Shown in pieces: positions 55,761 through 64,000 of a stretch of 64,000 nt of DNA (its first letter is position 1; each line of letters begins with the position of its first letter). The stretch covers positions 54,250,001 to 54,314,000 of the forward strand of contig OZ024743.1 of NCBI GenBank assembly GCA_964016885.1. Direction: 5' to 3'. The notes under the pieces were generated by a model. The model saw only the letters and a list, made by a program, of their open reading frames with translations. It was not told where the DNA came from and ran no database searches. A program made the position numbers and the translations under genes. The DNA is from Eledone cirrhosa (taxonomy: Eukaryota).

Positions 55761-56198
55761 GCGTGTTTTTTTTAAAAAAGATTTATTGAACAGTATTTTT
55801 CTAAATATACAAAAGGCAGTTAGGGCGATGGCTGAATGATCATATGTTTGTACGATTGGGGCTGAGATGGGGCTAAACAACAACTATAGATGACGCATAC
55901 AAGCTAGACATGACTACACGACATATATAGATTTCAACGGGAGCGTTCAGTGCAAACACCATCATAGTTAATATGGAATTCATAAATAAATAATGAAACA
56001 TACATCACATGACCCTATCTAAATGGTAAATCTGTAATTTGACATGGAGTACACACAGTTGTGTGTGTTGTTCTTACTAGCTACCCACGGCTTTTATCAA
56101 TTAGTAAACGGAATATATTAACTGCGTGGAGCCGAATATTATATCAACCATGTAATTATTGTCTACAACCCTCGCATTTCTCCCACTGTGTGTTTCCG

Positions 56199-56268
<70 letters not shown>

Positions 56269-56689
56269 TATATACATATATATATATAATGTTTATGTGT
56301 GTGCGTGTATAAGTGTATGTGTCTGAGGTTTGTGTGTTCGTCTGTGTACTTGTTTTACTTAAGATATAGTGATAACGCATTTATAGCTTTATGAACAAGA
56401 GTTAAAAAATAAAAAAACAAAAACATTTTCTTGGGTGTGAAATGAACTCATATTTATATTTAGATAATAATACCGAACAACTCGCAGGTCACTTTGAATA
56501 AATAATGATTACTAAATGTGTTAGGAAGTATGTACTAAATGCAGTTCACTTCAGTACTTGATTGGTACTTACACTATTGACTGAAGACGATGAAATAAAG
56601 CTCCAGCCAATTACTAGAGGCGATATACTCGAATTTTCTCCTCATTTACAAATCGCTGGACAAATCTGTCTAGATCAGAAACCATTACG

Positions 56690-56860
56690 TAGGTGGATTG
56701 ACAAAATTGGTAGATTATCGGACCAAATATTTTGAGGTGTATCATCCGAGTCTTTACATGCTGAATATAAATCCCGCCGAGGTTAACTTTACCTTTTCCC
56801 CTTCTGACGTCGATAAAATAAAGTAGCAGTCAAATACTTGGTTTGATATAATCGATTGTT
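56690..56860 (+). mobile_element. Old MetaSINE-like SINE
   Basis: Degenerate A box/B box/core. Confidence 0.65.
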
Positions 56861-57314
56861 CCTCTACCTTCCCAACATCTCGGCTGGGTTGTTGTTATTG
56901 TAGTTGTGTTACTGCTATCTTGTTAAGCCTAAGTTCAGTCCAGATCCATTAGACATATAATAAACATTCCTTCCGTGGCTATCAGCCTTTACTTCTTCAG
57001 ACATAGTGTAACGAAGAAAGCATCATTCAATAAGTTCTTTTCTTTATGCGGTAAGGTGTGATATAACAAAAACAAAAAAAAAAATGTCTACTATTTCTCG
57101 ATGTTCCCACCTTTGTATATTCCAGCTGATTCTACTATAAGTCACCTTCTCCAGATTGATCCTCAGTTGATGCAAAAGGCATCCCAATATGCAAAGCATC
57201 CAATATATTTAAATACGTATATCTGTTTAACTTACCGTGTCTCTGTCTCTGGCTAACAACATACAACACAAACACACAGATATCGTTTAATATATACGCC
57301 TCAAATATACACAC

Positions 57315-58320
<1,006 letters not shown>

Positions 58321-58936
58321 TAAGTGTGCATGTGTGTGTGCGCGTGTGTGTGTGAGAGTCTGTGTGTATTTGTGTGCGCGTGTACTCATATATACACTTA
58401 TCTAGCAAAAATATAATATATATATATGTGTACTTATATATATATATTCATATATATACGTGTATATACTTATATATAAAAAAAACTTGTGAAGTCGTTT
58501 GATAGACTATTTCAAGATGGCGTTATCTGGCGATATATACTGCAGCAAATGGTTACAGTAGACGACTGAAGGACCTTTGTATAGTATTAATCTTTTTGTT
58601 ACTTCCTCTTTTTAATAAAAGACATATTTATCATTCACGCATCACCAAACACAGTATTTTGTTGTTGCTGTTGTTGTTAGTATTCATGTAGTTGTATGTG
58701 TTGTTTTTTCGTGTTTGTAATTTTTGTTAATGTTCGTGTTGTTTTCGTAGCGTTTTACAGCGTTCAATGTTATCTCCAATCACCTCCACCGCCATGTTTC
58801 TTGTCTATATACTCTTTTCTTTTTGCTCGTCTTTTCTTACTTACACTTTGACACCACCATCAACATCTACCGCTTTCACTCCTTCACATATACTCAAAGA
58901 GTCATACAAATGACCTCTCTATTCCTTTTATATAAG

Positions 58937-59013
<77 letters not shown>

Positions 59014-59077
59014 GTATCTACCTATCTATTTATTTATCTAATATTTTCATCTCTGTCTCTTGCTCTCACTTTCTAAG

Positions 59078-59162
<85 letters not shown>

Positions 59163-59529
59163 ACATACATATATATAACTGTCTTTCTCCCTTGCTTCAG
59201 ATCACCTCGCATATTCTTTCTTTTTCTATCAAATGATGTATCGCTATATAACTTCGGTTACTCCTGTTTATCCATTTATCTTTATCGAGTCCCCAAGCAA
59301 TCTCTTCTTCTATACTCTCATTTACTTTCTACATATTTTGATACATACCTCTCTATATCTATCTATCTATCTATATATCTGTCTGTCTGTCTCGCTGTCT
59401 CTCTGTCTTTCTCTCTGTCTGTCTGTCCATCTACATATCGATATAAACGACAACCCATCTATCGATCTGTCTATATGGTGTCTATATGCTATCTATCGTA
59501 CTACTCTTCCATTCATCTAAATACATTTC

Positions 59530-59668
<139 letters not shown>

Positions 59669-59725
59669 AAATTAATAAACATTTATTGTACTGCCTCTCT
59701 GTTTTGTCCCTGTTCAAATTTTTCC

Positions 59726-59779
<54 letters not shown>

Positions 59780-59879
59780 AGAGATGTCAACATGAATGGA
59801 CCTGTTATTTTTATCTAAAGACATTTTTTCCAATTCCAACCCGCCCGTCTCCTCAATTTATTTTATTTCTCATTCTTTA

Positions 59880-59913
59880 TTCTGATGAAGGACTAGCGTC
59901 CGAAATGTTAAGA
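59880..59913 (+). ncRNA. Minimal hammerhead motif (very short stem I)
   Basis: TT CTGATGA A GGAC-TAGC-GTCC GAAA TGTT AAG. Confidence 0.55.
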
Positions 59914-59998
59914 CCTTCTTCCTGCTATGTCAAGTGTTAACCTAAATATACCATTCCATATACTGTACCGATTGTGTTGTTATTTCTGTTTACCTTTT

Positions 59999-60064
<66 letters not shown>

Positions 60065-60092
60065 ATATAAAGGTAATGCAACGTGCAGTTAC

Positions 60093-60646
60093 TATGGGTT
60101 TACCCGAGTGAGCACTCGATGCGTAGTTTCCAATCAAAACAAACATTAACTGACCACCATAAATGAATGTGAATCGTTATAGACCTTTCTAAGCCTTACA
60201 GGTCCATTCTATCATTAGCACACCAGAGGCCCGACGAGTTTTTGATTCCGGAGTCGGGCTAGATCGATACTGACCGAACCTTGAACTGATCAATAGCGAA
60301 ACGCGCGTCACTACTCAATAAACGCAATGTAAACATAAGGATCGTCATTTTTTTTATTATATATATATATATATATATATAATAAAAAAAATGACGATCC
60401 TTATGTTTACATTGCGTTTATTGAGTAGTGACGCGCGTTTCGCTATTGATCAGTTCAAGGTTCGGTCAGTATCGATCTAGCCCGACTCCGGAATCAAAAA
60501 CTCGTCGGGCCTCTGGTGTGCTAATGATAGAATGGACCTGTAAGGCTTAGAAAGGTCTATAACGATTCACATTCATTTATGGTGGTCAGTTAATGTTTGT
60601 TTTGATTGGAAACTACGCATCGAGTGCTCACTCGGGTAAACCCATA
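60093..60646. repeat. 554-bp apparently perfect palindrome centred on (TA)n
   Basis: ~266-bp arms TATGGGTTTACCCGAGTG...GATCGTCATTTT / AAAATGACGATC...CACTCGGGTAAACCCATA. Confidence 0.92.
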
Positions 60647-60656
60647 TATATATAAT

Positions 60657-60702
60657 AGCCTTGATAAGCATCAAAAAATGCAGAAACAAGGCCTTGTCGG
60701 CT
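60657..60702 (+). ncRNA. Variant type I hammerhead (U3:A8 core)
   Basis: AGCC TTGATAA GCAT-CAAAAA-ATGC A GAAA CAAGGCCTT GTC GGCT. Confidence 0.7.
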
Positions 60703-60977
60703 TTATCTTCCCCTGTTTGCTGAGATTAAAGTAAGTGAGTCTGTCACTACTCTAAAACAATAGCATACGGTCTTCAAAATGCTTTTAATTAAGCATAAAG
60801 TGTATTGCAAAATACACTATATATACATTCATATATATATGGCTATTTCAGAGCTCCAATTCTAATTTTTAATTTCTGCCTGACCGGCAACCGTTCTGTA
60901 TAATCAGTTCCTGATTATTTACTAGAATTCTATAAGAATATAACATCAGTGATCTCAGTAGACGGGAGGGAGTAGTT

Positions 60978-61023
60978 AGCCTTGATAAGCATAAAAAAAT
61001 GCAGAAACAAGGCCTTGTCGGCT
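60978..61023 (+). ncRNA. Variant type I hammerhead (U3:A8 core), second copy
   Basis: AGCC TTGATAA GCAT-AAAAAA-ATGC A GAAA CAAGGCCTT GTC GGCT. Confidence 0.7.
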
Positions 61024-61180
61024 TTATCTCCCCCTGTTTACTGAGATTAAAGTAAGTGAGTCTGTCACTACTCTAAAACAATAGCATACGGTCTTCAAAA
61101 TGCTTTTAATTAAGCATAAAGTGTATTGCAAAATACACTATATATACATCCATATATATATTGCTATTTCAGAGCTCCAA

Positions 61181-61288
<108 letters not shown>

Positions 61289-61367
61289 TCCTGGGTTCAA
61301 TCGGGAGTAAATACTGTTAGTAAGGTTTGAGATATTTCTATATTCAATTATATATATATATATATAT

Positions 61368-61655
61368 CATAAATAAGAGACGATTTTCTTCGTGTATCTT
61401 ATTTTATTCGTTATACGTATTTCGAAGATGTTAGGTAGTTGTATAATAACCACCTTACACGTTCTCTTCAGACAAACGAGATATAATTTTCCATTGACAT
61501 GCTACCAGTCCGACGTGTTATTAACCTCACCGACCAGTACTCGTTTGTTTGAAGAGAACGTGTAAGGTGGTTATTACACAATTACCTTCCAACTTCAAAA
61601 TACGTAAAATGAATAAAATACAGTTGTACGAATAAAACCGCCTCTCATTTATTAT
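61368..61655. repeat. Imperfect inverted repeat of an HHR-bearing segment
   Basis: 61368-61480 inverts 61540-61655; minus strand of the left arm has CTGAAGA..long stem II..GAAA TAC GTA; right arm core is mutated. Confidence 0.7.
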
Positions 61656-61841
61656 ACTAAAACTTCGGACGTTACCTTACGGAGAAAATCCTGTGGAACA
61701 GATGCTGTGGAGTGCTTCACAACTGTTTAAGAATAAGTTGGCAGATTTTTCATGAATCAAATTTCCTCCATTGAATAAATAAATAAATAAATAAATATAA
61801 AAATAAATAAATATCTATATCTATGTATGTGTATGTATATA

Positions 61842-61920
<79 letters not shown>

Positions 61921-61923
61921 ATT

Positions 61924-61954
<31 letters not shown>

Positions 61955-61995
61955 ATATGTATGTATGTATGTGTATATATATATATATATATATA

Positions 61996-63680
61996 GTGAA
62001 AAATTGAACGGGAACAAAACAGAGAGGCAGTACGAACAAAGCTTTATTAGTTTCACGCTCTTGAGAGTGCGGTGGTGATGGGGAACGACGTTTCGGGCAT
62101 AAGCCCTTCTTCAGTTGAAAAGTGTGTGGGAAGAGAGTTCCAAGGGTGTGTAGAGGAGTGGTGGAGAGACATATAGCAAAAAGGGGTGAGAGGAAATGGT
62201 GCAAATGAAATTAAAAATAAAAGCATGATCAAAATAAAATTAAAATGGAGTAAAACAGGTGGTGGAAGGGTGTGGGGCGTGTGGGGGGGGGTGGCGGGTG
62301 GAGTGGGGACACGGGGTGTCCGAGCGGGGAGGGCTGAATGTGGTGTGTGTGTGTAGGTGTACGTGTGTGTGTGTGTGTGTATGTGAAAGCAAGGGTTGGG
62401 GGAAGAACGGGGTTGCATGTTCAGGAAGAGGTGGTGTGGGGTGGTGTGTGCGTGTGTGGATAGAGGGGCGAGGGGAGATGATTCCGGAGGCTGAATGTGT
62501 AAATATGTGGTGGTACGCACGTGTGTGTGTGGTGTTTATGCGTGTTGTGGATGTAGGTGGCGTGTGGGGAAAAACATATTTTTGTGTGTATCTCCGGGGG
62601 TGAGTCGTACAGGTAATTCCGTAAAAGGATGTGGTGGAATGCTGAGTAAAATCCTTGGGATGCGGTAGATTCTCGCTCGGGATCAAGGTTCACATATGTG
62701 TAATCCGTGAAGAGATTGGTCGGAAGAGGGGAGATGTGGGTTGCGCGCGCAACAGGAAGTGGTCAGAGGGTCAAGGCAGGAGGAGGGTTGTGTGTCTGTG
62801 TGTGTGCGGAGGTGGTCAAAGAGGCATAGCAGCAGTAGGGTAGAATGGTAAGTGAAGATAGTCAGTGTGTCAGTGTATGCGGAGGTGCGGTGGGCAGGGG
62901 AGAGAATGGGTAGGTGTGAAAGTTGGAGTGAGGAGGGTGTGTGTGTGTATTAGTAGAGGTGTTAGTGGGATGTGTGTGTGTTTGAGAAAGGGTGTGGGTG
63001 GAGCGGGGAGAGAAGGGTGTGGGGGAATATGGAGGGAGTGTAGTGTACTGGTGTGTGTGTGCGTGTTTGGATGAGTGTGTGTGTGGTGAAGGGGGTGTTA
63101 GTGGGTGTTAGTATACTGGATGTGGAGAAATGGTTGAATGCGGGTGTGAGTGGGGGTCAGTGGTGGTAGGGTGTGTAGAGTTGGTGGTGTAAGAGGGTGT
63201 GTGTGTTCGTGTGCGTAGGGTTGGGGGTGTTAGTGATGTTAGTTGCGTGTAGAGTGGGTGGTGTAAGTGGGTGTGTGTGCTCGTGTGCTTGGGGTCAGGG
63301 GGTGTTAGTGATGTTAGTTGCGGGGTGGTGGGGTGGGTGTGTGGGGGTGAGGGTTAGGGGTGGTAGTAGGGTGTGTGTTTAGTGTGAGCGCCTGTATATA
63401 TGTACCGGTGGGTGTGTGCGTGTGATAAGGAGGGGGAGGAGAAGAAGGGAGGGATGTTAGTATGTTAGTTGAGGGAGGGTGGTCGGATGTGGGGTGGAGG
63501 TGTTAGTATTGTTAGTTGTGGGGTGGGCGGTGAAAAGGAGGGGTGTGTTAGTGGTGTTAGTGGTGGATATGGGTGGGAGGAGGGGGGGGGGGGTGAAGGC
63601 TAAAGGAATAAGGGTGGGGAGTTCAGGTCGGGGGGGAGTGTGGGTCTGTAGGGTGAAGATGGTTCGTTGTTCGACCCTGA
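61996..63680 (-). mobile_element. 5'-truncated PLE: GIY-YIG C-terminus, ~1.5-kb C/A-rich 3' region, HHR and AATAAA, ending at (TA)n
   Basis: Minus strand RVEQRTIFTLQTHTP..LN (like the ExxxIxxLxTxxPxGLN end of PLE GIY-YIG); CTGAAGAAGGGCTTATGCCCGAAACGTC at ~62087-62114. Confidence 0.7.
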
Positions 63681-63744
63681 TTAAAATACACTTGTGAATA
63701 GTGCAGTTTTAAATCAACATGCACTATTCACAAGTGTATTTTAA
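63681..63744. repeat. Perfect 25-bp inverted repeat, 14-nt loop
   Basis: TTAAAATACACTTGTGAATAGTGCA / TGCACTATTCACAAGTGTATTTTAA. Confidence 0.92.
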
Positions 63745-63765
63745 CCTTCCTATCATGTCTTCCTC

Positions 63766-63831
63766 TTTTATCTGACGAAAACACAAATGTTATTGCATGA
63801 TGATATTTGTTTTGAAATGCGCATAATAAAA
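63766..63831 (+). ncRNA. Type I hammerhead, canonical core, long stem II
   Basis: TTTTAT CTGACGA AAAC-ACAAATGTTATT..GATGATATTTGTTTT GAAA TGCGC ATA ATAAAA; palindromic stem III ATGCGCAT. Confidence 0.87.
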
Positions 63832-63956
63832 TACATGGAACTCTTTTAACCATCTTTTGATCTTATATATTATTTATACTCCAGTCCTACAAACTGTAGA
63901 GTGCTTCTTATCGGATATCTGCATTGCTTTATTGTAATACAATAAAACTCACCTCC

Positions 63957-63988
<32 letters not shown>

Positions 63989-64000
63989 CGATATTAATAA

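Overview
AT-rich, microsatellite-dense metazoan DNA made almost entirely of transposon remnants. The SINE and repeat repertoire suggests a cephalopod (octopus) genome, which is an inference. No intact host gene is visible; there are only two tentative minus-strand exons. Large elements: (i) a near full-length but disrupted RTE-type LINE with three C-terminal C2H2 fingers (~0.4-4.1 kb); (ii) a Naiad-type Penelope-like element (PLE; RT + GIY-YIG) followed by two hammerhead ribozymes (HHRs); (iii) an RTE fragment with a twin-priming-type inversion; (iv) a complete but disrupted 6.07-kb Helitron with both termini; (v) restriction-like-endonuclease LINE remnants; (vi) about 20 tRNA-derived MetaSINE-like copies and several MITEs. 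The most striking signal is at the RNA level: more than a dozen type I hammerhead motifs from several families, mostly next to (TA)n tracts. They include non-coding tandem units of 323 bp (41.3-42.3 kb), 321 bp (60.66-61.19 kb; U3:A8 compensatory core variant) and ~434 bp (9.3-10.0 kb), which look like non-LTR retrozymes predicted to yield unit-length or circular RNAs. Most short ORFs in the supplied track are microsatellite artefacts. All structures and coordinates were derived by eye.
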